A stretch of 64,000 nt of DNA from Candidatus Moraniibacteriota bacterium (GTDB lineage: Bacteria; Patescibacteriota; Minisyncoccia; Moranbacterales; UBA1568), in assembly GCA_037201605.1 (NCBI GenBank), contig JBBCGM010000002.1:208697-272696 (forward strand), in the 5' to 3' direction. Positions within the stretch are counted from its first letter, which is position 1; each line of letters starts with the position of its first letter. Positions 34,953 to 46,091 of this stretch are shown here, piece after piece. The notes beneath the pieces are model-generated. The model made no database searches. It had not been told where the DNA came from and worked only from the letters and a program-made list of their open reading frames with translations. Made by a program: the position numbers and the translations under genes.

Positions 34953-37580
34953 CTAGGGAGTCTCCGGAACCAGAGGCGATTGGTTCGGATTCTGAGGCCC
35001 CGTTTGAACCGGCGGAGCAGTCGTTTCCACTACCGGCGTTTCGGTTGGAGTCGGAGGAGGTGTTTGAGCTTGAGGAGAGGTGCCTGATTGGCTGGCTCCG
35101 GGCGTGCCCAAGTTACCAGTCCCGTTCTGGACATTGGTGATGAGCTGCTGGACCTGTTCACGCGTCCGGGCAATATTGTCGCCTCCGTCACGCGGCAGGT
35201 AGTCGAGAATCTTGCGATACTCGGCAATGGCAGCATCGTCCTTGTTCTCGCGTTCGTAGAGGAGCGCAAGCGAGAGACGCACGTCGATCAGTCGTTCATT
35301 CTTATCTAGGATACCCTTGAAAACGCTTTCAGCTTGGGTAAAGTTCTCATTGCCACCCTTCAATTGGTAGACCACGCCGAGGTTGTACTGGTAATTCACG
35401 TTGTTCGGATCGTACTTGATAGCAGCACGGATCTCGTCCATAGCAGCATCATAGTTCTGCTGGCGCGAGAGGGTGAGAGCTAATTGGTAGTGGGCAAGCG
35501 CCAGATTTTCCTTTTTCTCAATTGCCTTGCGCAAAGCAGCCTCAGATTCATCCAGAAGGGGCAGCTTAGCAGCAGCTTCGGCTGCATCAGCCTGAGCGCG
35601 CTTGATCTGTCCGATCTTCACATCGTAGAGCGGATTCTGGGGTTCCAGTTCCTGGGCGCGCTGGTATTGCTCGAGTGCCTTCGGAAGGGCGTCGCTTGCA
35701 TACAATCCAGCGTTCTCATAGATCAGTGCGAGTGATTCAACAGCCAAGGCATCATTGGGCATGCGGTTGCGGCCCGTCTCGCCGGCGGCTACAGCCGTGC
35801 GAATGTTGGAAACAATCTGATCCTCATTCTGCTGGTCTGCAGGCAAGGACACGGCCTGATTGGCAAGCGCCATGTATTCCTGGCCCAAACGGGTAAAGTA
35901 GCGGCCCTCCTGCGGATAACGGTTAATGGCACGCGTCAAAAGCGATGCCGAATCCTGCGAAGGTGCCTGAGCCGAAAGGCGAACGGCGCGACCTGCCTCG
36001 ATATCGGCTACCAAGACTTTTCCCATGAAGACAAAGAGGAAAGCAACGCCTGCCGAGACCACCATGAAGATAAAGGCAAGAGCCAGGGCGAACTTGGGCG
36101 AAGCCTTGAGCGAGAGCTGCAGGTACTTTTCTTCCAAGCCACTCTCCCAGAGAAGCGCACCCAGGGCAAGCGCTGAAATGAGTCCCCACAGGATCAAGAG
36201 TGTCCCGTTAAACGGTGTCGACACACCAGCCAAAAGCAGCATAAGGGCAGCAGTCAGGAGACCGAGTGAGGTAATTTTGTTACGGCTTTTCTCGAGTGAA
36301 AGCAGGTAGACTCCGACAGAGAGATACGAGAGGAGAGCAATGACGAAGAGAATCGTACCGATGCCGCCGAGGGTTGCCAGGGATTCAAAGAACAGTCCCT
36401 TGCTCTGGTAAAAGCGGAGTGTGTAGAGCTGATTCTGATTGTATTCGGCCGGATGGTAGAGAGAAAAAGCATATCCGTAATCAGCCGGACCCACCCCTAC
36501 CAGGAAATGCTCACTCAGACTCTCCTTGGCTACGACCCATGACAATTTGAGCGAGGGCGAGACTTCGACGGGCAGATTGGCGCGTGCCAAGCTGTTCGTC
36601 CCGATCATGAGAAACACCAAAACCACCACGAACACCGCCATGGGAAGCCAGGCCAGTCCTTCGTGCGGCCGGACGATCTGGGCCAGAATATAAATGAGGA
36701 AAAAGGCGAGACCGGCAAGGATCACGAGCCATGCGGCGTACTGATAGAGTGCCAAGAGGAGAAACAGCGAGAGGAGTATGCCGAGTCCGAGGGCAACCGT
36801 GGCAGCGGTGCGGCGTGCTTTCTGTATGCCGTCACTCTGCCAGAGCAGAAAGAGAGAAGCCATGAAGAGCGGCAAGAGAACGCCAAGGTATGTGGTAAGC
36901 GTACCTACCGAACCCGTAAGAGAAAGTGGGGCGTACGTCTGGAGGGTAGCCGGCAGAAACGGAATCTTTAGTACTACGAGCGTGCTCCAGAGAGAGACCA
37001 GAATACCGGAAGCGGTCAGCGCTCCGAGCATCCATTGGAGGCGCTTCGGGGTGAAATGCGAAAGAAGAAGGTAATAGAAAAGGACGAGGGCGGTGATCGA
37101 TACGACACCGCGCGACGGATCACCGAAAAATCCCCAGAAACTGTGCCAGCGATCTACGGCAAAAACGGCAGAGACAATAGAGAAGAGCCAAAAGGCGATA
37201 ATAGGAATATCCAGAGGCGTACGACGGATGCGCATCTCGCCGGTCATAACAGCGCGAGATACCCAAGCGATCAGACCCAGCAAAAGCCAGAAGTAGAAGT
37301 AAAGCTGCTTCTCAAAGGTAATCCCCTGATAGGTCAGGCCCAGGAAAAAGATCGGGAAACCGAAGAACAGCGCTACCAGGCTAAACGTCAGCAGTCCATC
37401 AAAGAAGCGCGCTGCGCGTTTGCCCCCTTCGGGCGAGAGAGGTGTGTGATGGCGTGCCTCGGTATGAGAAGGAGTCGTAACAGTCGGCCGCTCAAAAGTA
37501 TTAGGCCGCATGAAGTTATGCGTCGGACGGACGGTTTGGGAGCGCTCCGTATCGAGAAACTCGGGTTTTTCGCTAGCCAT
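34953..37580 (-). CDS. Polytopic membrane protein of the O-antigen ligase/polymerase (Wzy_C) type with C-terminal TPR repeats
   Basis: About 12 hydrophobic helices are followed by a periplasmic TPR region (ALAHYQLALTLSRQQNYDAAMDEIRAAIKYDPNNVNYQYNLGVVYQ..., LSLALLYERENKDDAAIAEYRKIL) and a Pro/Thr/Gln-rich tail. The ATG at 37580 (MASEKPEF) is preferred over the TTG at 37658 given in the track. A TATAAT lies at 37622-37617. The Wzy_C assignment rests on architecture only. Confidence 0.65.
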   Translation of the reverse strand: MASEKPEFLDTERSQTVRPTHNFMRPNTFERPTVTTPSHTEARHHTPLSPEGGKRAARFFDGLLTFSLVALFFGFPIFFLGLTYQGITFEKQLYFYFWLLLGLIAWVSRAVMTGEMRIRRTPLDIPIIAFWLFSIVSAVFAVDRWHSFWGFFGDPSRGVVSITALVLFYYLLLSHFTPKRLQWMLGALTASGILVSLWSTLVVLKIPFLPATLQTYAPLSLTGSVGTLTTYLGVLLPLFMASLFLLWQSDGIQKARRTAATVALGLGILLSLFLLLALYQYAAWLVILAGLAFFLIYILAQIVRPHEGLAWLPMAVFVVVLVFLMIGTNSLARANLPVEVSPSLKLSWVVAKESLSEHFLVGVGPADYGYAFSLYHPAEYNQNQLYTLRFYQSKGLFFESLATLGGIGTILFVIALLSYLSVGVYLLSLEKSRNKITSLGLLTAALMLLLAGVSTPFNGTLLILWGLISALALGALLWESGLEEKYLQLSLKASPKFALALAFIFMVVSAGVAFLFVFMGKVLVADIEAGRAVRLSAQAPSQDSASLLTRAINRYPQEGRYFTRLGQEYMALANQAVSLPADQQNEDQIVSNIRTAVAAGETGRNRMPNDALAVESLALIYENAGLYASDALPKALEQYQRAQELEPQNPLYDVKIGQIKRAQADAAEAAAKLPLLDESEAALRKAIEKKENLALAHYQLALTLSRQQNYDAAMDEIRAAIKYDPNNVNYQYNLGVVYQLKGGNENFTQAESVFKGILDKNERLIDVRLSLALLYERENKDDAAIAEYRKILDYLPRDGGDNIARTREQVQQLITNVQNGTGNLGTPGASQSGTSPQAQTPPPTPTETPVVETTAPPVQTGPQNPNQSPLVPETP

Positions 37581-37681
37581 AGCAGAATAAAGATAAAAAG
37601 GTAGAAACTTAGGCTTATTATATCCTTTTTCACTGCTCCCGTCCAAAACACTTGTCAAGGCAGGAAAGTCTCTCTTTTTGC

Positions 37682-40600
37682 CTATTTTATGAGAAGATTC
37701 CCCTTGATATCGAGTCCCCCTTTGACACTCGCTCCTAACAGCTGCTCGGCACCCGTTTTAATTTCCGTGATAATGATATAGATGCGGCCGGTGGAGGAAG
37801 AGTAAGCTGTCGCCCCAACCGCAAGGTCCGTTTTGCCGTCGGCGTTGAAGTCGCCTGAAGAAAGAGAGGCCCCAAAAGCATTACTCGTACTTTCTCCGGT
37901 GATGATAGTGTCTGCGCTACTTGCTCCACTCGGATAACTGCCATCGTTGTAGAAGATATAGACGCGGCCAGTGGAAGAAATATAGCCCGTTGCACCCACC
38001 ACAAGGTCCATTTTTCCGTCGGAGTTGAAGTCCCCTGAGGTGAGAGAGTTGCCGAATTGATTAGAAGTCGTTTCACCAGTAATCGTTACATCAGCAGTGG
38101 CGGCCGTTGTCGGGATGGAACCGTCGTTGTAGAAGATGTAGGCGCGGCCGGTGTTAGAGGAATAGCTCGTTGCTCCCACTGCCAGGTCCGTTTTGCCGTC
38201 GGCGTTGAAGTCGCCTGAGGTAAGCTTACTTCCAAAAAGACTCGGGCTTTCACCAGTAATAGCGACATCCGCAGTGGCAGCGGTGGTCGGGATGGAGCCG
38301 TCGTTGTAGAAGATGTAGGCGCGGCCGGCGTTAGAGGAATAGCCGTAGGCACCTACAACTAAATCGGTCCGGCTATCAGTATTAAAATCACCAGTTGTAA
38401 GGGAAAGTCCGAAGAAATTACCTCCCACTTCGCCGGTAATAGTAATATCGGCGGTGGCAGCGGTGGTCGGGATGGAGCCGTCGTTGTAGAAGATGTAGGC
38501 GCGGCCGGCAAAGGCAGAATACCCAATAGCCCCAACCGCGAGGTCTGTTTTGCCATCGGCGTTGAAGTCGCCAGAAGTAAGAGCGTAGCCAAAGAAAGTA
38601 GATCCGTCGCCGGTGATAGCGACATCAGCAGTGTCCGCGGTCGTCGGGATGGAACCATCGTTGTAGAAGATATAGGTGCGGCCGCTATTAAAAGCAGCTA
38701 GGTAGGCTCCAACCGCGAGATCCGCTTTGCCATCGGAGTTGAAGTCGCCTGTGGCGAGGGATAATCCAAAGCGGAAGAAGCTTCACCAGTAATAGCGACA
38801 TCCGCAGTGGCGGCCGTGGTGGGGATGGAGCCGTCGTTGTAGAAGATATAGACGCGGCCGGTATTAGTGGAATAGCCGTAGGCTCCAACCGCGAGGTCGG
38901 TTTTGCCGTCTGAGTTGAAGTCGCCTGAGATAAGCGAAATACCTAACTGATTAGAACTGCTCTCACCCGTGATACCTGCATCATTGAAAGTGTATATATA
39001 AGCGGTACCTGCTCCTCCTACGAGCAGATCGGTTTTGCCGTCGGCGTTGAAGTCGCCTGAAGAAAGAGAACTCCCGGCTGACGTTCCTACTTCACCAGTA
39101 ATAATAACATCGGCGGTCGCGGCCGTGGTGGGGATGGAGCCGTCATTGTAGAAGATATAAGTACGACCTGCAAAACTAGAGGCTTGAGAAGCCCCAGCCG
39201 CAAGGTCTGGGCGGCCGTCAGAGTTGAAGTCGCCTGAGGTAAGGGAGGTACCAAAAGCAGAACTGGCTTCGCCGGTGATAATAACATCCGCTGTGGCGGC
39301 CGTAGTAGGTATGGAACCGTCGTTGTAGAAGATGTAGGCACGGCCGGTGGAGGAAGAATAAGCATAGGCCCCTACTGCCAGGTCCGTCTTGCCGTCTGAG
39401 TTGAAGTCCCCGACCTCGAAAGTATAACTAAAATTATCTCCCGGAGTCTCTCCGGTGATGATGACATCGGCGGTCGCAGCGTCTGAAGGATAGCTGCCAT
39501 CGTTGTAAAAGATATAGGTGCGGCCGGTGAAGGAAGAATAGCGATTTGCTCCCACGACCAAATCCGTCTTGCCGTCGGCATTGAAGTCACCTGAGGTAAG
39601 AGTCCTGCCAAACTGATTGTTCGTGGTTTCCCCCGTAATGGTAACATCGGCGCTCGCAGCATCGGTCGGATAGCTGCCGTCATTGTAGAAGATATAGGTG
39701 CGGCCGCTGAAGGAAGAATAATTCTGAGACCCCGCGGCGAGATCCGTCTTCCCATCTGAGTTGAAATCACCTGCCGTGAGCGCTATGGAAAAGAAATTAC
39801 TGGTAGCTTCGCCAGTGATCATGACATCTGCACCGGAAGCTTCCGATGGATAGCTGCCGTCGTTGTAGAAGAGGTAGGCCCGACCACGGCCGGAAGAATA
39901 ACTGGATGCTCCAACCGCCAGATCGGTTTTGCCGTCGGCGTTGAAGTCGCCTGAAGCAAAAGTCTGGCCAAAGAAACTATTCGTCGCTTCGCCAGCAATC
40001 ACCACATCGGCGCTTGCGGCATTCGAGGCATACGAACCATCATTATAGAAAAGGTAGACGCGGCCGACATAAAAAGAGGTAACGCTGAAGGTGTAATCGT
40101 ATGTGCCTATAGCCAAGTCCTTCTTGCCGTCGGAATTGAAGTCACCAGAAGTAAGCGTATAGCCAAAACTCGAGGCGATGAGCCCTGGCTGGCCGACGAT
40201 TTTCATTTCCTGGCCGCTGCCAGCCGGACTGATGCGCGTTCGGCCCAGCGGCTGCGGCTGCAGTTCCCACGCGAAGTTGTCTCGCGTTTCATACAAATAC
40301 ACCCGGCCAGTGGTAGAAGAATAGCCCTTGGCCCCGACCACAAGATCAACTTTGCCGTCGGCGTTGAAGTCGCCTGAAGCCAATGCGAGACCGAAATAAT
40401 CATCAGTATTTTCACCAGTAATAGCAACATCAGCAGTGGCGGCGGTGGTCGGGATGGAGCCGCTCTGGTAGAAGATATAGACACGGCCGGTAACGGAAGA
40501 AAAGGTATACGCTCCCACTGCTAAGTCTGTCTTGCCGTCAGCATTGAAATCACCTGCGGTGAACGAGGAGCCAAAAGCGGAATCTGTTTCGCCGGTGATG

Positions 40601-43600
40601 GTAACGTCGGCATTCTCAGCATCGCTAGGATAACTGCCGTCGTTGTAGAAAATGTAAGTGCGCCCAGTGTTTGCGGAATAGTCATTCGCTCCTACCACGA
40701 GATCCGTCTTGCCGTCTGAGTTGAAATCGCCCGAAGTGAGTGAGTTACCGAATTGAGAAGAATCCTCACCGGTGATAGCAACATCAGCGGTCGCGGCGGT
40801 GGTCGGGATGGAGCCGTCGTTTAGGAAGATGTAGGCGCGGCCGGTGTTGGAAGAATAGGTATTAGCACCTACTGCGAGATCTATTCGGCCGTCGGAGTTG
40901 AAGTCGCCGGCAGCAAGGGAGATACCGAAATTGTTACTCGTCGTTTCACCAGTAATAATGACATCGGCAGTCGCGGCGGTCGTCGGGATGGAGCCATCGT
41001 TTAGGAAGATATAGGCGCGGCCGGTGAAAGAGGAATAGAGAGAAGTGCTGACAGCTATATCGGTACGGCCATCTGCGTTGAAGTCGCCGGAAGCAAGTAC
41101 AAGACCAAAATAATTCTCTAACCCTTCGCCAGTGATAATGACATCAGCGGTCGCAGCAGTGGTCGGGATGGAGCCGTCGCTTAAGAAGATGTAGGTGCGG
41201 CCGGTGCCCGAAGAGTAATCGGGGGCGCCCACGCCGAGATCCGTCTTGCTGTCTGCGTTGAAGTCACCGGCTGTAACAGAATAACCGAAATTGTTACTCG
41301 TGGTTTCGCCGGTGATCGTGACGTCGGCACCGGAAGCCCCGGAGGGATAACTACTGTCATTGTAAAAGATGTAAACACGACCAGTATTGGAAGAATAAGC
41401 ATTCGCTCCCACCGCCAAGTCCATACGGCCATCAGCATTAAAATCGCCAGCCGCTAAAGACCAGCCAAAAGAGTCACCTGCTTCGCCGGTAATGCTTTTA
41501 TTCGTATTCACCTGGCCATTCTGGGAATAGAAAAGGTAGGTGCGACCACGGCTACCAACGGCGCCTACCGCAAGGTCCGTTTTACCGTCAGAGTTAAAGT
41601 CGCCTGCAGCAAGAGAAGCGCCGAAACCGCTGCTAACTTCTCCCGTAATAATGACATCAGCCGTGGCAGCCGTCGTCGGGATGGAGCCGCTCTGGTAGAA
41701 AATGTAGGTGCGGCCGGAGGAAGAAGAAGGAAAGCTGGTTCCCACAGCCAAGTCTGTTTTGCCATCCCCATTGAAGTCGCCTGCCACGAGGGAGAGGCCA
41801 AAAAAAGTCACTACGCTTTCGCCCGTAATAGCAACATCAGCGCTCCCGGCATCGGTCGGGATGGAGCCGTCGTTGTAGAAGAGATAGGCGCGGCCGGTAA
41901 AAGCACCAGAAGAATAGCCTTGAGCGCTAGCAGCAAGATCTGTGCGGCCGTCTGCGTTGAAATCGCCGGATGTAAGCGCCGTTCCGAAGTAACTCCCTGT
42001 TTCACCGGTGATCGTAACGTCAGCGGTCGCAGCAGTGGTCGGGATGGAGCCGTCGTTGTAGAAGAGGTAGGCGCGGCCGGTGTTGGAGGAATAACCGAGA
42101 GCACCAATAGTGAGGTCCGTTTTACCGTCTGCGTTGAAGTCGCCGGAAGTGAGAGTCTGGCCAAAGAAGTTACTTGCAGCTTCCCCTGTGATCGTCACAT
42201 CAGCCGTGGCAGCCGTCGTCGGGATAGAGCCGTCGTTTAGGAAGATGTAGGCGCGGCCGGTGTTGGAAGAATAGGTATTAGCACCTACTGTCAGGTCCGT
42301 TTTACCGTCTCCATTGAAGTCGCCGGTGGCCAGAGAGATACCGAATTGGGACGAGGCTTCGCCGGTGATGGTGACGTCAGCGGTCGCAGCGGTCGTCGGG
42401 ATGGAGCCGTCGTTGTAGAAAATGTAGGTGCGGCCGGCAGAGGAAGAGTAGGTATTGGCACCAGCAGCTAAATCAGTCTTGCCATCTGAGTTGAAGTCGC
42501 CTGCGGTGAGAGAGTTACCGAAATTGCTCGATGATTCGCCGGTGATGGTGACGTCGGCATTCGTGGCATCACTGGCATAGACCCCATCATTGTAGAAGAG
42601 GTAGGTACGGCCGGTGTTAGCAAGGTAGCCGGATGACCCGACCGCTAGGTCGATTTTCCCATCGGCGTTGAAGTCTCCTGAAGCAAGAGAGGTGCCAAAA
42701 CTACTGCTCGTCGCCTCCCCCGTTATCGCCACTCCCCCATTCGCCACGCCGGGAGCGGTGAAGGCAAGGGTCGGATCAAGAGCAATGGGGTAGAGGTTCT
42801 GGTCTATCTGGAACTCTAAAGAGAGGGTGGTATCTTGTACCTGCCACTTTGCTTCATGGTAGTTGCCGTCCTTGTCGTAGTAGTAGGGAGCCGGGATGAG
42901 AAGGTCGGGAGCTTGATTACCGCTCATGATGTCCTGGCCCAGCTCTTTCTGAAGGGTTCTTTGGGCACGTTCCATGAGGTCCTGAGGGACATCCTTTTGG
43001 GCTTCTTGGTTTTTGAGGTCTTGGTCGCCGAAGTAGTAGACCTCTACCGCTCCTTCTTCATTGAGGCGGAGCTTGGCATTGGTGAATTGGTAGCTTTCCT
43101 TTTCCTGTCCGGTACCCTCGCTCATAGAGGATCCAGTTCTTGAGGGTTCTTTCTCCTGAAGCCTGGTCCTTTTGGTAGCTGTAGAGGACGGTCTTGCGGC
43201 CGGATTGGTAGCGGAGGTATTGCAGAGACGAGGCATCCTGTTTCGGAAAGAGGCGGGAGAAAAAGGAGGAAGCAGCTTCACGTACAAGTGTCTCTCGGGA
43301 AAGAAGGCTGGCCTTGCCTTCTTCGGCGTTTTGATCCTGAACAGTCAGAGTTCTTTGTTCATCCAGCTTTACTTCCAGAGGGTCTTTTTGGCTTTCAGGA
43401 AAGGTGAGTTCGAAACCAGTTTTGTCTTCTGGTTCTTCCCCTGCCCTGGTAATCTGAATGCCGGAATTCTGGGTATCCTTGATACGGTATTTACCCTCCT
43501 CTTGAGTAATAGGCAGAGAAGCTGTGGACTCAAGGTCGGAAAGAGCCTGGACCCCCGCCTGTTGGAGAGGAGCGACTTGGTCAGCAAGCGTCGGAGCCTG

Positions 43601-43699
43601 TGAGAAAAAACGATACGCCCAAAAAATCCCGAGAAAAAGCACTGCAGCACCGAGCACTGCAGCAAGTCCCCAAAGAATTTTGCTTTTCGCTCTTCGCAT
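37682..43699 (-). CDS. Giant FG-GAP (integrin-alpha-like beta-propeller) repeat protein, ~2000 aa, 28 repeats, N-terminal signal anchor; 2 frameshifts
   Basis: ORFs 43058..43717, 38698..43287 and 37682..38428 join into one frame, with switches near 43118-43130 and at the AAA run 38768-38770. The N-terminus MRRAKSKILWGLAAVLGAAVLFLGIFWAY starts at ATG 43699. The ~58-aa unit FG.SL..GDFN.DGKTDL.VGA..YSS.TGR.YIFYNDGSIPTTAATADV.ITGE occurs 28 times. Confidence 0.85.
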
Positions 43700-43700
43700 G

Positions 43701-45887
43701 TTACTTCTGCTCGACAATCCACCAGTCTACCTTGACCGCCTTGTCCGTCGGCTCAGCCAGATGGACTGTGAAACCGTCATACTCGCCCTCTTCCTTATGC
43801 TTTTCAACCCAGGTAGATGCTCCCGGGTCCGAAGCAAAGCTCGTAAAGATCTTACTATCGTCCGTTACTGCCTTCGTCTCGACAAAAACCTTCTTCCCGT
43901 CAGCTTGGGTATCATCATCTTCGCCGTCTTCATCATCATCGTTAATAAGCGGCAAGATAGTGTCGCTTCCGATCGTCGGAGCATCGATATCCTCTACATT
44001 GATAGCAAGTGCCCCGGTCTCAAGGACTGCCGCTCGCAAACGGCCCTGGAGCAGGTCAACATCCCCTTCCGCATTCGCCGCGACGAACGTGCCGAGCTCA
44101 AACGTCGTGTAGAAGTCAGAGAGGATCGAAACCCGATCATTAAGACTTTCCATCTGGCTTTCGAGTGTCGTAATGTCAGAGGTGTTCGTAGTCACCTGCG
44201 TATTCAGTTGATCTAACAGCGCCTGAGCGCCCGCCAATTGATCGGCAAAGGTCGCTTGGCCAGACTTGAGCGTATTGATTTCGGCAGCTGCCAGCCCGAG
44301 CTGGGTATCGACTGAACCCTGGAGACCCGAGAGGCTCTGGATATTGCGGTTGGTTTTGAGTTCCACCCGGCCGATTTGGGCAGCATTGTCTTCGATCGCA
44401 AGCTGCTGATCCTGGATGGATTTGATGATAAGCGGCGTAAGCTTGGAGTAGTCCACCATCCAGTAATCAGTCGGGTTACGCGGGACGGTCACGGCTTGCG
44501 GGTAAATCTGCGCCAACTCCTGAGCGATAACACCGTGGATAGTCTGTCCGCTCGCATCGGCCTTCCAAGCATAGTCCCGGATCTGGATGCTCTTCAGCAT
44601 ATCAATGCCGATTCCGGTATTGCGGATGTTCGTCTTCAAACGCTCGTCTGAGGTCGTGTTGTAAGAAGTCACGCCGGAACCGAAAGTAATGGAACCCACA
44701 GGGTTATCCCCGCCATCGAAGAAGTCGATAAGCGTGCTGGTCGTCGCGTTCGTACCGTCATGATCGCCAGCGGTAATAGAAAGGCCCAGCTTGTCCGTTC
44801 CATCACCCGGTTCAAGGGGATCAAAATTTTTGAACCAACCACTGTACCCAGACACACTACTAGATTCTACCGTTAACTGAGAACCGCCGCCCGTGCCCAC
44901 CCCCAAGAAAAGTCCAAAGTCACTCAAAGTATAGTTGGAAGATTCAGTAGTTACGGTGCCGGCAATGTCTCCGATCCTGGTGTCTGGAGTATTCTTGCCA
45001 AGTAAAAGTATACTGCTTGAGTCTAGGCGCAGGCCAGCTGGCTGAGACGGGCCACCAGAGTCTTTTCCAAAGCTTATTGTCCCTAAATCACCCCCGTCAC
45101 CGTCATAAAATTGGATGAGCTTGCTATTGTTAGTGGTCGCGGCATTATCAAGACCGGCTTGGATAGAAATGCCGTAACGATTGGCATCGTTGCCGTCATT
45201 AAAGAATGAGGCGGCATAGGCCGAAGCGAGATTCGTCTCGACATCCAGCGCGTTTTCAGGCGTATTGTCGCCAATTCCCAGTCGATTGTTACTGTCATCC
45301 CAGAAGAAGTTAGCATTGTCTTGAGAGTAGACCCCTGAAGCTCCGGCAAAGACGATGGAACCGGCGGTAAAGGCAGTGCCAGTACCAGTGCCGCCTAAAG
45401 TAACCCCGAGAGTATTCGTCGTACCCAATACGCCGCCAGAAGTATTGGTCACGATTCCTGCCGTAGAAAGCCCTGAGAAGGTAATGGTACCTGAAGAGGT
45501 GATGCCAGCGGCTGCCGCGATAGCACCGGAGGAATTGACTTGGAAAAGATCACCGCTTCCAACAGTAAGAAGAGCCGTGGGGGTAGCATCGTTAATACCT
45601 ACGTTGCCTCCGCTAAAAATACCCGCGTAGTTGGTATCAGCGCCGGATACGGCAACATATAAACCGTAGTGAGCGCTTGTACCAGTAGTATTGCCCGAAA
45701 CGCTTATATACTGGCCATAGTTGGAGATGAACCCAGAAGCGCCTGTTGTAGCGCTAAGGCTTACGTAGTTACCGTAGTTGGCTTGGGTACCTCCTGTGGC
45801 CCCTGAACGGTCCACCGAAGTATACGTACCGTAAGTGTAATCAATGCCGCTGGTCACCACTCCCGTATCACTAAACACGTTCCGCAA
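43701..45887 (-). CDS. Giant tail-fibre-like surface protein, C-terminal fragment (Peptidase_S74 intramolecular chaperone domain, coiled coil, acidic tail)
   Basis: The 728-aa ORF has a Gly/Ser/Thr-rich beta-helix-like region, an NFFWDDSNNRLGIGDNTP motif, and then TTSDERLKTNIRNTGIGIDMLKSIQIRDYAWK...HGVIAQELAQIYPQAV...VDYSKLTPLIIKSIQDQQ. That last stretch is the S74 signature, with a Ser and a Lys at +5. The upstream frame continues into 45854..46240 and 46092..48878. Confidence 0.85.
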   Translation of the reverse strand: MRNVFSDTGVVTSGIDYTYGTYTSVDRSGATGGTQANYGNYVSLSATTGASGFISNYGQYISVSGNTTGTSAHYGLYVAVSGADTNYAGIFSGGNVGINDATPTALLTVGSGDLFQVNSSGAIAAAAGITSSGTITFSGLSTAGIVTNTSGGVLGTTNTLGVTLGGTGTGTAFTAGSIVFAGASGVYSQDNANFFWDDSNNRLGIGDNTPENALDVETNLASAYAASFFNDGNDANRYGISIQAGLDNAATTNNSKLIQFYDGDGGDLGTISFGKDSGGPSQPAGLRLDSSSILLLGKNTPDTRIGDIAGTVTTESSNYTLSDFGLFLGVGTGGGSQLTVESSSVSGYSGWFKNFDPLEPGDGTDKLGLSITAGDHDGTNATTSTLIDFFDGGDNPVGSITFGSGVTSYNTTSDERLKTNIRNTGIGIDMLKSIQIRDYAWKADASGQTIHGVIAQELAQIYPQAVTVPRNPTDYWMVDYSKLTPLIIKSIQDQQLAIEDNAAQIGRVELKTNRNIQSLSGLQGSVDTQLGLAAAEINTLKSGQATFADQLAGAQALLDQLNTQVTTNTSDITTLESQMESLNDRVSILSDFYTTFELGTFVAANAEGDVDLLQGRLRAAVLETGALAINVEDIDAPTIGSDTILPLINDDDEDGEDDDTQADGKKVFVETKAVTDDSKIFTSFASDPGASTWVEKHKEEGEYDGFTVHLAEPTDKAVKVDWWIVEQK

Positions 45888-46091
45888 GCCATACTCCGTT
45901 CCCGCTGAAGTGCTGGTCGAGGTTTTGGAATATCTAACCTGGCTCCCGGGGCTGTGACCCCCGTGCCGATACCCACATTGCCGGTTGAATCTATAGCAAG
46001 GAGAGCTGAAGAGCCGACGGTGAAGCCGGAACCGATGAGGTAGTAGCCGGTGGTCTGATCAACGCCGGAGTAGTAGTCCTGGGCAGAGCCA

